64,000 bases of DNA, taken from Candidatus Micrarchaeota archaeon CG1_02_47_40 (GTDB taxonomy: Archaea; Micrarchaeota; Micrarchaeia; Anstonellales; CG1-02-47-40). Shown one piece after another: positions 9,679 to 20,200 of this stretch. The position numbers and the translations under genes were made by a program. The stretch spans positions 6,630 to 70,629 of the forward strand of contig MNVE01000003.1 in assembly GCA_001871475.1 (NCBI GenBank). Reading direction: 5' to 3'. How positions within the stretch are numbered: the first letter of the stretch is position 1; each line of letters starts with the position of its first letter. A model generated the notes under the pieces. That model worked only from the letters and a program-made list of their open reading frames with translations. It was not told where the DNA came from and made no database searches.

Positions 9679-9846
9679 TTAATAATTGACCTTCTTTATC
9701 AGAATTCTTCCGTCCTCATAAACCTCAACACCGACATAATCCTTGTCCGTCCAGTGCAGGAGCTTGACTTCCTTTGTCAAAATAAGCCCCACACCTCCAC
9801 CCACACGCGCCAATTTCCGAATCTTCTTTTCCAGTAGTGCAGTCAT
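9679..9846 (-). CDS. AbrB/MazE/SpoVT-family DNA-binding protein (55 aa, missing from ORF track)
   Basis: Translated by hand: MTALLEKKIRKLARVGGGVGLILTKEVKLLHWTDKDYVGVEVYEDGRILIKKVNY. Confidence 0.75.
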   Translation of the reverse strand: MTALLEKKIRKLARVGGGVGLILTKEVKLLHWTDKDYVGVEVYEDGRILIKKVNY

Positions 9847-9949
9847 ATACTGGACTTCTTAGTTTCTGCATTTTAAACAGCCGCTAAAGAAACTATACTA
9901 ACTGTAGTATTTATAAGAGTTGAGACTGCCAATTTAAACAGGTGATGGG

Positions 9950-10699
9950 ATGTTTAGCAACGGTAAGATCAGGCTTGTTTTTCTTTCCTTGATAATTGGA
10001 ACATTACTTTTTGGATGCACTGGAGTATCTTCTAAAAATGACTATTTGCCGGTAGACGAGGAAAAACTCAACATGACCCTTAAGATTGGGGATTTGGAAA
10101 ATCGGAGTATTGTGCTTAATCGTGAGATTGCCTTGCTTCAGGGAAACATCAGTGTACTTGAAAACGCAAAGGAGACTGATGCCAAACTTAATATTGAATT
10201 TACGAGAAAGTATGTATTGGCCTTGACAGACCTCGGCGCTGGGGAGGAATATTTTTCTCAAACTCTTAGCACTTATGAAACAGTGGATACGTATATCTCA
10301 GATAATCCAAACCAATATGACTACAGCAGTGCTTACGATGCATTTACTACAATTAAAGACTGGTCAAACAAAGCAAGAAAAAATTATTTATCTGCACAAG
10401 AACGTCTGACCGGCATTCAAAATCAAACCCAAGACAAGCAGCTTAGACAGGACATTCAGGATAGACTTGAACTAATCAGAATTTTGCTTGAACAAAATAC
10501 CCATACCTATAATCAAGCCAATTATCGCCAGTTGGAACTTATGGAAATCAATGAAGGAGGTTCAACTACAAATTCTGAGGAGTATAACAAAAAGCTTAAT
10601 GAGGATATTGTCCAATACAACCTCAATGTGCCTGCATATATTAATGCACGGGAAAAGATAGATGTCAATTGGGGACAAGATTGGCATACAACCCAATAA
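9950..10699 (+). CDS. Putative lipoprotein, helical/coiled-coil
   Basis: Signal peptide ending in lipobox LLFGC; GGTGA SD; amphipathic helices. Confidence 0.7.
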   Translation: MFSNGKIRLVFLSLIIGTLLFGCTGVSSKNDYLPVDEEKLNMTLKIGDLENRSIVLNREIALLQGNISVLENAKETDAKLNIEFTRKYVLALTDLGAGEEYFSQTLSTYETVDTYISDNPNQYDYSSAYDAFTTIKDWSNKARKNYLSAQERLTGIQNQTQDKQLRQDIQDRLELIRILLEQNTHTYNQANYRQLELMEINEGGSTTNSEEYNKKLNEDIVQYNLNVPAYINAREKIDVNWGQDWHTTQ

Positions 10700-10780
10700 G
10701 GCCAATCTCTTGGCGAGATTGGGTTTTTTTTATTTATTCAACGGGCTATAACCATTTAAATCATCCTCCAAAATTCCGAA

Positions 10781-10829
10781 TTTTTACACAACCGCTTTGC
10801 TTTTTACACAAAGAGAATTTTCTACACAA
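10781..10829. repeat. TTTTACACAA motif cluster, right
   Basis: tttttacacaa at 10781 and 10801, tttctacacaa at 10819. Confidence 0.55.
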
Positions 10830-10849
10830 AGCCACGAGGTGCTAAAGAT

Positions 10850-12901
10850 TTAAGAACCCTCTTCTGAAATGCCATTAAATTCGTTTATCTTTCCAATTAA
10901 ACTGTTGTATTCATAGACATAATTGTTATACGCGTAAGTGTCATATGTTTGTGCCATCTTTTCCTTAAGTTCATCTGTCCTCAAAACCCAATAATCATAC
11001 TGTTTAATCTCATCGATGTCTTTTTCAATGCTTTCAAGTGTTTTTCCATCCGAAACCGGAATTATTAGGGGTTTGCTGTGCAATATAATTCCACCATAAT
11101 ATTCATCAGGTATTTTTGTTATGTGGACAGGACCTCGCGATACTTCAACAAAACAGTAATCTGAACCATATAACGCATATTGAGCGGGGCATTTTATTCC
11201 AACTGCCATATGGTCTTCCTCTTCATACTCAAATAACGCAACACCGTAACCAAGTTCTTTAAGAAGAGCCGTACCAAGCAAAGATTTATCCATGCAAACT
11301 CCTCTATTCAAAAAGAGAGTTTCATACGGATAGTTGGCTTGTGCTGTCAGGTCGTTCATCTTTGTATAATCGTACGGCATTGATGCAACAAACGATAGTA
11401 ATGCCCTTGCTTGCTCATCTTCGTCACCTATGTTTGATTTTACATAATCAACTATTGAAATAAGTGTTTCATCTTGTATCGGTTCGCTGATAAACATATT
11501 CCAATATTCGGTTTCCCAATTGGACGCAAGTTGTCCGTAATACGAATAACTTTTAGGCTGTTCCGCATAGTAATCATAAATTCCCGTGTATAATATAATC
11601 GACAATGGTGAAGTCGGATTGGCACCCCAAGTAAAAGTCCTGTTTATAGGTCCATATTCAAACTTCGAGATGCATCTCTCGCCACTGTTTATCAAATCAC
11701 TCGGACAACCGCACTCAGAAGCTTTCTCTATCAAAGTTCCGCTCAAACAATAGAATGGTTTTTCTAGAGTGCATTCTCCGTAAATAGTGCCATCTTCGCA
11801 TCTCTGAATCTTTTTGCAGTCGTTATCGTCTTGCATATAATCATTGGAGCAACCGCACCTTTCCGAATTAGGCAATAACTGTCCTCCATTATTGCAATAG
11901 TAAGGTTTATTCTTTGAGCATTCTCCTGAAAAAGTTCCATCCGTGCAGGTTATGTTCCATATGCAGTCTGTTCCATTACTACGATAACCCCCTCCACAGC
12001 CGCAGACGTTTGGTTTTTTTATCAAATTTCCATCATTGCAGTACCAAGGCTTGTTTGTTGAGCACTCATTATGATTAATAATAATATCTTGAATGTCGCC
12101 ATTTAGTTCATTGATTCGGATATTACAGTTTTTGTAAGAATAAAACGAAGTCCAGAAACCTCCGACGGAATCGGCTAATTTCGGTAAAATATCAGAACTA
12201 TAAAGATAAGTCAAGACACCATACGCAACAGCCAAGAAAATCAGTATCTTAAAAAGCGCCCATAAAGCATTGGTCGCATGTTCGATCCCTTTTGCTAAAT
12301 GGTAACAGAAACTGTTAATCTCTTCATAAATCCATCTTGCTGGTTTCATTATCAAAAAATCCAACAATACTACCAATGTCCCTCCCAGCCAAAAAAATGG
12401 AAAGAGAATCAGTTCCATCACTTTTCTAAACCAATGCTTAATTGTGCCAGTCAGATTGCTTTTCGGTTCTTCATACTTTTGTTCGTATGGTTTGTATTGA
12501 GAGTCTGCATGTTTCTGATGATCATCACGATAATCATCTCTCTTAAAATCCTCTCGCGCAAATTCTTCATACGGCTCTCTCTTTCGAGGACGTTCAGCCA
12601 GTTTCAGCATATCCAATGCAAGTTTTGCCTGTTCTCTCTCTTCCTCTTTTCTTCGTTCATATTCCTCAACATAAGCATAACATGGATGGGTATCCTCCCT
12701 CCGCCAATTTTGAAGCTGCTCGTAGCTTGCATGACTTATATTAATCACGCTTGGGGGTGTCGGAGCTAGGTGCTCTTGACAAAAATAGCCTCTGCAATAC
12801 GGGCATTGTGTAGTTTGACCTTTATACTTACAGAGATGGTATCCGCACTCTTGGTCTTCGGAAAAGTCACATTTCGTTTTCCTGCTTCGACGTCTACCCA
12901 C
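10850..12901 (-). CDS. Membrane protein: AN1-type Zn finger + Cys-rich repeats + transglutaminase-like domain
   Basis: CPYCRGYFCQEH..HPC; two hydrophobic segments; three C..KP(W/Y/F)YC..G.L...CGC repeats; YPYETL..GVCMDKS..HMAVG..YCFVE triad. Confidence 0.75.
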   Translation of the reverse strand: MGRRRSRKTKCDFSEDQECGYHLCKYKGQTTQCPYCRGYFCQEHLAPTPPSVINISHASYEQLQNWRREDTHPCYAYVEEYERRKEEEREQAKLALDMLKLAERPRKREPYEEFAREDFKRDDYRDDHQKHADSQYKPYEQKYEEPKSNLTGTIKHWFRKVMELILFPFFWLGGTLVVLLDFLIMKPARWIYEEINSFCYHLAKGIEHATNALWALFKILIFLAVAYGVLTYLYSSDILPKLADSVGGFWTSFYSYKNCNIRINELNGDIQDIIINHNECSTNKPWYCNDGNLIKKPNVCGCGGGYRSNGTDCIWNITCTDGTFSGECSKNKPYYCNNGGQLLPNSERCGCSNDYMQDDNDCKKIQRCEDGTIYGECTLEKPFYCLSGTLIEKASECGCPSDLINSGERCISKFEYGPINRTFTWGANPTSPLSIILYTGIYDYYAEQPKSYSYYGQLASNWETEYWNMFISEPIQDETLISIVDYVKSNIGDEDEQARALLSFVASMPYDYTKMNDLTAQANYPYETLFLNRGVCMDKSLLGTALLKELGYGVALFEYEEEDHMAVGIKCPAQYALYGSDYCFVEVSRGPVHITKIPDEYYGGIILHSKPLIIPVSDGKTLESIEKDIDEIKQYDYWVLRTDELKEKMAQTYDTYAYNNYVYEYNSLIGKINEFNGISEEGS

Positions 12902-13013
12902 AAGATACCTCTATGGACGCAATTCTTTTAAATCGTATTTTGGTCATTATCTTTATCAAAAAAGATAACACTACTAAGATTAGTTATCTTTTCGTATAAT
13001 TTAGAATTACAAC

Positions 13014-13880
13014 CTAAAGCAGGAACTTCCAGCCAATCATCTTATAGCATAATTTTGCCGCCAGGAAAGCGCTTGCAGTATCCCCAATTACCGGGCACAA
13101 TTCCACCACATCCGCTCCAATCACATTCTTCCTCTCAAACACCTTCCTCAAAAGACTTGTTGCCTGCTTCCAGGAAATCCCCCCAGGCTCCGGAGTGCCC
13201 ACAGCCGGCATTATTGAGGGGTCAAACCCGTCCAAATCAAAAGTAACATACACATTCTCATTTTCAATCCTCTCAAGCACCTCACTTTCTTCAAATTCGC
13301 TCCCAAAAATATATTTTTCAATCCTCTCCTTTTTTATCCATTCCGCCTCCTCGCCGGACATGCTGCGCACTCCTGCCTGCACAATATTGCCGCATGCTTC
13401 ACGCGCCCTTCTCATCGCGCACGCATGGCTGTATTTCGTCCCTTCATAAGCATCCCTCAAATCACCATGCGCATCTATCTGCAAAACAGAAAAATTCTTT
13501 TTGAATTTTTTTGCGCAGGCAGAAACCGCCCCTGCGCTGACACTATGCTCCCCTCCGAGCACAAGCGGGAATTTTCTTTCCTTCAGCACCTCATCAACAA
13601 CCTCCCCCACCCGCTCAACCGCTTTTTTGGGGCTTTCCTTTGAGAGCACCAGCTCATCCATGGTATAAACAGGCGCGGATTCGCAAACATCACATCCAAA
13701 CTCGGCATCATAAAGCTCCATGTGCCGTGAAGCGTCAATTATCTCCCTGGGACCATGCCTCTGGCCGTCTTTGTAAAATACCGTTCCGTCATAGGGCGCC
13801 TGCACAATGACCGTTTTAGCATTCTTAAGATTATTTTTCATTCCAAGGAAAGTGAAAGGAATGCATTCAAATTCTTTCAT
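13014..13880 (-). CDS. speB: Agmatinase
   Basis: GGEHS, DAHGD, SHAC and DLDGFDP..PAVGTPEPGG ureohydrolase motifs. Confidence 0.93.
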   Translation of the reverse strand: MKEFECIPFTFLGMKNNLKNAKTVIVQAPYDGTVFYKDGQRHGPREIIDASRHMELYDAEFGCDVCESAPVYTMDELVLSKESPKKAVERVGEVVDEVLKERKFPLVLGGEHSVSAGAVSACAKKFKKNFSVLQIDAHGDLRDAYEGTKYSHACAMRRAREACGNIVQAGVRSMSGEEAEWIKKERIEKYIFGSEFEESEVLERIENENVYVTFDLDGFDPSIMPAVGTPEPGGISWKQATSLLRKVFERKNVIGADVVELCPVIGDTASAFLAAKLCYKMIGWKFLL

Positions 13881-13930
13881 TTAAACCCCCCATAATATAT
13901 ATAAATGAACGAGGTTTTATAGTTTATGGT

Positions 13931-14281
13931 ATGGGGCAAGACAATTCCAAGCTCAACAAGGACAGCCGGATGCTCTCGGCAGTTTCCTACGCTTCGGCTG
14001 CTTTTTTCTTTTTCCTCTTCCCGCTTCTGGCGCCGCTTCTTATTTATCTTTTTATAAAAGAGGATAAGTTCGTGCGCTTCAACGCACTGCAGGCGCTCCT
14101 GCTTGCGGTTTCCTTTGCGGTTTTTTTCACCCTGCTTGTAATAACCATATTCGGAATCATCATCGCGGTTCCGGCGCTGATATTATACTGGATTTACTGC
14201 GTGTGGGCTGCCGCGGATGCATATAGGGGAAGGCTTCCAAACACTCCTTTCATTTCGGATTTTGTAAAACTATATATTTAA
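13931..14281 (+). CDS. DUF4870/Tic20-like membrane protein
   Basis: LSAVSY..EDKFVRFNALQA..AYRG..PFI. Confidence 0.8.
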   Translation: MGQDNSKLNKDSRMLSAVSYASAAFFFFLFPLLAPLLIYLFIKEDKFVRFNALQALLLAVSFAVFFTLLVITIFGIIIAVPALILYWIYCVWAAADAYRGRLPNTPFISDFVKLYI

Positions 14282-14692
14282 TCAGCAATTTTCAACAGCA
14301 TACTCTCCTATAAACGGAAATCTCTCCCATTCCCCTCTTTCGGCATGGTAGGCAAGATATGCAAGCACAGCAAGGAAAAGGACGGCTGCGGGCGGCACGA
14401 GCGAAACAGTCACTATCCCAAGCACCAAAACCAAGATTGCCAGAATACCGCCCAGCCAGCATATTACGGACTGTATCGCGTGAAAGCGCAAAAAGCGGTC
14501 CTCGGGCTTCAGGAGGTAAAAGGAAAGCGCCGCAGCAGGGCCCAGCATATAAGCGAGCGCGGCAAGCAGTCTCTCCTCCTCATCAACTTCCCTTCTTTCA
14601 ACTCTGCTCGTATTTTCTCCATAGCGCAAAGCTCCCGCTTCCTTCATTTCCTTGTCTGCTTCCAATTCCTCAACTACTTTCCCAACTCCCAT
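14282..14692 (-). CDS. DUF4870/Tic20-like membrane protein
   Basis: LAALAY..EDRFLRFHAIQS..RGE..FPFIG. Confidence 0.8.
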   Translation of the reverse strand: MGVGKVVEELEADKEMKEAGALRYGENTSRVERREVDEEERLLAALAYMLGPAAALSFYLLKPEDRFLRFHAIQSVICWLGGILAILVLVLGIVTVSLVPPAAVLFLAVLAYLAYHAERGEWERFPFIGEYAVENC

Positions 14693-14759
14693 ACAAGGAA
14701 AAACTTCGCATAAGATATATAAATAATGTTTGGTTTGTTTGAAGCATTGGGAGGCGCAT

Positions 14760-15950
14760 ATGAAAGTAGCTATGCTTGGCTGGGAGTTTCCTCCATTCGT
14801 ATCAGGGGGATTGGGAGTGCATTGCTTTCACCTAACCCGTTCCCTCTGCAAATTGGGGGTAAAAATAGATTTTTTCATGCCCGCATCGGGAAAGCACATT
14901 CTTCCTTCGCACCCATCCTTAAGAATATTTGAGGTTTCAAAAGTTTCACAAGGACCATACCTCTCCTTTTCACAGCAGGCAAAAAACCTCTCGCGCACCT
15001 ACGGGGAGAACATACTCCCTTCAATAGAAAAATACAATCTCCAATGTCACGAGTTTGCAAAAAATCTGCATGCAAAGGAAAAGTACGATTTAATACATGC
15101 GCATGACTGGCTGACCGCATCAGCGGCGCGCTCCCTAAAGCAGGAGCTTTCCATTCCGACTGTGCATACAATGCATTCAACCGAGTTTGACCGAAACGCA
15201 GTGCCCTGGCGTTTCATAGCGGACATTGAGCGGGGGGCAATAGGGAATGCGGACAGGGTCATTACCGTTTCAAACCGCATGAAGCGCCAGCTTGTGGAGA
15301 AATTCAACGCAGAGGAAAAAAAAATACGTGTAATATTTAATGGGGTGGAAAGCGAAGAGTTTGAAAACAAAGACACTCTCTCAAGAATTTCCCTTCCCCT
15401 TCTTCAGAATAAAAAGAAGGTGCTTTTTCTGGGAAGGCTGACCGGGCAGAAGGCGCCTGCGGAATTCCTGCGGGCTGCAAAGGAAGTGCTCTGCCTGGAG
15501 CCAAACACCGCTTTCCTTATAGCCGGCACCGGGGACATGCTCCCCCATCTTCTCAATCTCTCAATAACGCTGGGGATACAAAAAAGCGTAATCTTCCTCG
15601 GCTACCTCTCTGATGAGGATAGGAAAAAAATATACTGCCAATGCGACGTGTATGTGATGCCTTCTGTTTCCGAGCCTTTCGGCATAACCGCGCTTGAGGC
15701 GATGGCAAGCGGCACCCCCACAATCATCTCAACAAATTCCGGAGTCGGGGAGGCGGTGAAAACCGTCCTGCGCGTGGACTTCTGGGACACGCGCGCAATG
15801 GCTGAAAAAATAATCGCGCTCCTTCGCTATCCCCCCCTCTCAAGCACAATGTCCGGCATGTCATATTCCGAGGCAAGGCAGTTCACGTGGGCAGCGGCTG
15901 CGCGGGAAACGTTAAAAGTTTATGATGAGCTTTTAGCTCTTAAGAAGTGA
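14760..15950 (+). CDS. GT4 glycosyltransferase (probable glycogen synthase)
   Basis: MLGWEFPP..GGLG, HAHDWL, SEPFGITALEA; adjacent to GH57. Confidence 0.9.
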   Translation: MKVAMLGWEFPPFVSGGLGVHCFHLTRSLCKLGVKIDFFMPASGKHILPSHPSLRIFEVSKVSQGPYLSFSQQAKNLSRTYGENILPSIEKYNLQCHEFAKNLHAKEKYDLIHAHDWLTASAARSLKQELSIPTVHTMHSTEFDRNAVPWRFIADIERGAIGNADRVITVSNRMKRQLVEKFNAEEKKIRVIFNGVESEEFENKDTLSRISLPLLQNKKKVLFLGRLTGQKAPAEFLRAAKEVLCLEPNTAFLIAGTGDMLPHLLNLSITLGIQKSVIFLGYLSDEDRKKIYCQCDVYVMPSVSEPFGITALEAMASGTPTIISTNSGVGEAVKTVLRVDFWDTRAMAEKIIALLRYPPLSSTMSGMSYSEARQFTWAAAARETLKVYDELLALKK

Positions 15951-15956
15951 TTTACT

Positions 15957-17156
15957 TTGCAACTCTGCCTTTATTTCCAGGTGCACCAGCCGATGAGGCT
16001 GAAAAAATTCTCCCTTTTCGAGGAGAGCGCGTCCTCTTCCGTTTCAGCATACTTCCACCACGAGCTAAACAAAAAAATAATGGACAAGGTGGCGGGAAAA
16101 TGCTACTTGCCGGCAAACAGGATAATGCTTGAACTTCTTGAGAAATACCCTGAATTTCGCGTCAGCTTTTCCATAACCGGGGTTTTCCTTGAGCAGTGCA
16201 AGCGCTTCGCGCCGGAGGTGCTTGAATCCTTCAGGGCGCTTGCAAAAACCGGGAGAGTGGAATTCCTCTCCGAAACCTATTACCATTCCCTCTCCTCCCT
16301 TTTTGCAAACAAGCAGGAATTCATAGAGCAGGTGCAAATGCACACAAGGGCGCTTTCCGAAATCTCCCCCCCTGCAAAGGTTTTTCGCAACACGGAGGCG
16401 CTTTTTTCAAACCAGATAGGCAATTTGCTGGAATCCCTTGGCTATATCGGGGTGATGACAGAGGGAATTGAGCACGTGCTCGGATGGCGCTCCCCAAACT
16501 ACGTCTACCGCCCGCGGGGCGCGTCAACGCTTAAAATACTCTTTCGCAATTACAAGCTGTCCGATGACATAGGATACCGCTTCTCCTCAAAGAGCTGGAA
16601 TGAATATCCTCTGACTGCCTCCAAGTACGCGCAATGGCTTTCAAGCGCCGAGGGGGAGTGCTGCAACATCTTCATGGACTATGAAACATTCGGGGAGCAC
16701 CACTGGGAGGATACGGGCATATTTGAATTCTTGAAAGCGCTGCCGGGCGAAATACTTTCGCACAAGCGCCTTTCCTTTTCCACTCCAAGCGAGATTGCAA
16801 AAACTCTTCCCCCAAGGGATGAGATTGACATACACTCCGAAATCTCCTGGGCAGACAAGGAGAGGGACACTTCAGCCTGGCTTGGCAATGAGATGCAGAG
16901 AAGCTGTTTTTCAATTTTACAGGAGCTTGAAACGCAGGTGAAGCAAACAAAAAATGAGGAACTGCTTCATTCCTGGAGATTGCTGCAAAATTCCGACCAC
17001 CTATATTATCTCTCCACAAAATCCCTCTCCGACCAGGACGTGCACAGCTATTTCTCCCCGTATGAAAGCCCGTTTGAGGCATACATAAATTTCATGAATA
17101 TTCTGCAGGATTTTCGGGAAAGAGTGAAGCAGGAAAACGAGGTGGGCGCAGAGTGA
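15957..17156 (+). CDS. GH57 alpha-amylase
   Basis: FQVHQP, ETYYHSL, FRNTE, DYETFGEH, SWAD. Confidence 0.92.
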   Translation: MQLCLYFQVHQPMRLKKFSLFEESASSSVSAYFHHELNKKIMDKVAGKCYLPANRIMLELLEKYPEFRVSFSITGVFLEQCKRFAPEVLESFRALAKTGRVEFLSETYYHSLSSLFANKQEFIEQVQMHTRALSEISPPAKVFRNTEALFSNQIGNLLESLGYIGVMTEGIEHVLGWRSPNYVYRPRGASTLKILFRNYKLSDDIGYRFSSKSWNEYPLTASKYAQWLSSAEGECCNIFMDYETFGEHHWEDTGIFEFLKALPGEILSHKRLSFSTPSEIAKTLPPRDEIDIHSEISWADKERDTSAWLGNEMQRSCFSILQELETQVKQTKNEELLHSWRLLQNSDHLYYLSTKSLSDQDVHSYFSPYESPFEAYINFMNILQDFRERVKQENEVGAE

Positions 17157-17227
17157 ATGTTTATAAATATTACTAAAGTAGCAATAGGCAAGTTGGGTGA
17201 GGTTTTCATACTCTTGAGGTGGTTTGA

Positions 17228-20200
17228 ATGAATTGGAAGGGAAAAATTGTTCTGTCTTCTGTTTTTGCGCTTGTTCTGATGTGCGTTTCATTCGCGCTTC
17301 TCTACCCGGTCGCAAACTACACCATGCTCGGAGGGAATTATTACCGCACCTCAAACACCACCGAGATTGGACCGTATAATACAATTAATGTAAGCTGGTC
17401 AAGGCAGATTTACGATTACTCGAACATATTTGATTTGGAATACAATGTTTCCTCCATGTCATCGCCGATAGTGGTGAATGGCAGAGTTTATGTTGCGGCA
17501 CGCAACGGCTCGGTATACTGCATGAATGTAAGCAACGGCTCAATAAACTGGGGCATATCACTAAACAACAACATCACCTTCTCAACGCTTGCCTACTCTC
17601 CAAACGGGCAGAGTTTCCTTTATCTTGGGACTCGGGATGCAACGAATCCGAGCCTGCTCTACATAAACCCGGTTAACGGCTCAATCAACTGGTCGGTTTC
17701 ACTTGCAGGGCAGGTTGATACTTCTCCAATAGTGGTTGATGATTATGTATACATTGCTGCGGGCACTTATGTATATGCATATAACGCAACGAACGGAAGC
17801 CAGCAGTTTTGGGCGACTAATGTAAGCGTAAGCGCTTCCGGAGTTGGCGGTTCTCCAACCGGCGACATGGTCTACAATGGAACATATCTCTTCGTTCCTC
17901 TGTCATCCAGCCACTACTCGCAGGTGGATGCCTTAACCGGTTCAATACGCGGAACAATAGGCACCACCGGATTAGTATCAAACAAATCAATGGTCTATGA
18001 TCCGGATACGCCTGGCAGATTTTATTACGTATCAACCGTTTCATCATCCGCAACCCTATACTCAAAGGCATCCGATATTGACGGAACCGTGATTTTCTCA
18101 GCTTCAATCGGAACGTCTTCTTCCTCCCCTGCAATCGGATATGTTAACTCCACAAAAGCGATATTCGTAGGCAACGGAACTGGAATTGGGGCATACAGCG
18201 CCTCTTCCGGCACCTTGCTGTGGTTTACAAACGTACTCAACAGCACAACATACACGCCAATAATTGCAAACGACCTCCTCTACGTCACTTCCGCAGGAGC
18301 GGCAAATGCAGTTGAGTTTGAGAACAGCACAACCGTGAACGGGACACTGCGCCTCTTCAACGCCTCAACCGGAGTGCTTCTGTGGAATTACCCACTGTTC
18401 AACAACCCCGGGATCACAAGACCGGTAGTTGCAAACAGAACACTTCTGCAAATCTCAAACGGAATACTGTACGCATTCAGGGACATGATTTACATAGAAA
18501 GCCCGCTGGACGGGAACTGGACGAACTCTGCAGACGGGAACGTTACCTTTGTCGTGCGGACAAACATACCGTACGCAATATGCAACTGCACCATGAAGGC
18601 AAATGTTTCAGGAACATGGCAGTTTGTGTCCAGCAACGAGAGCACATTAACAAACAACACTGCATTCCAGATAAAGGCAAACTTCTCAAGAGGTGTTGCA
18701 GCAAACTTCTCAGGCCCGCTGATAGTTTCAGCTGAATGCTATTATGGTGACGTGCAGGTAAATTCGCTTAACCAGACATTCTACTACGTTTCAAGTGCAG
18801 GAACCCCCCTGAATGTTTCAATCAACAACGTCGGCGCATTCACCGCCTTCCCTGGCACTTCCAACAACTCCTGGACAAGCAATCCGAACATCAGCCTCAC
18901 CTTCAATACAACAACATCCGTCAACCAGACACTTAACTGCTCAATATATATTGACGGGAACATCGCAAACACAACTACTCTTGTAACAAGCGCCTATCAC
19001 ACGAACAAGACAGGCACCTTCTCCAACATGAACATACCCGACGGCTATCACAACGTCAGCTACTCGTGCAGGGACAATGCAGGGCTTGCGACGAAGACGG
19101 AGAACCTCTCCTTGATGGTTGATTCCGTTGCGCCTACATTGACGGTAAATTTCGGGCTGGTTGCGTTTAACATGACTCTTCCAAACGGAACGGTGATGCA
19201 GAACAATTCCTTCATGGTGAATATGACCGTGAATGACTCTTTGGTGAATACCAACAACCGGCCAGGGCTCCAGTGCGGGCTTATCTTCAACGGAAGCCTT
19301 TGGAACATGACAAGGACCAACGACTCAACAACGCAATACGTGTGCTACTTCAATGTGACTGCCGGCCTTTCAGAGGCGCCTGCCGTATCGGTCGCGTACA
19401 ACTGGTCCGTGCGCGTGAACGACACCGCAAACAACACCGCGACTGCGGGCACTTACCAGACAATCGTTGACAACACCGTGCCGTCCATAAGCAACGTTTC
19501 CCTCTCGCTTATCGGCAATCTTACGGACACCACTGCCGTGAACGGAAGCGGCACGCTCGGCTACCTTGGGCAGAGGTTCTACGTATACGCAAACGTTTCA
19601 GAGCCGAATGCCAACCTCTCTTACTTCAACGTGTCAATAAACAACGGGACGGGAATAACCGCAACCGATATCTCAGTAATAACTCTTACGACTCCGACAG
19701 TGGTGGTGAATCGCTCTAATATATACAGTCTTTACAGATGGGCATTTACGCCAACTGCCTCCTACATGGGTGCAATGGCGCAGTCCAACTTCTCAGTGAA
19801 TCTGACTTTATACGACAAGGCGGGCAACGCAGTATGGACGAACAACTCCGTGAATTTCTCGCTCTCATCCACCCCGATAGTCGCCTCAATAATCTCCAAC
19901 GAAACCTCAAACGGCTCAATCTGCTCCGGCTACCGCGTGACGATTTCTGGAGTAGTGCAGCTTTCAGACGGAACGGCGCTTGCAAACAGAGTGGCTGAAT
20001 TGACCGGATTGGTGTATGCAAACATAACAACCAACTCAACCGGAGGATACTCAACCGAGCTCTCATCCGCCTCAACAGGCACCATAGCTCTTTCCGTGCG
20101 CGACACTTCAGTCACAAACTCCACCTCAATTACGGTAACCACCTGCACCTCAACATCAAGCGGCACCACGACTACCGGTTCAACTACATCCGGAGGCACT

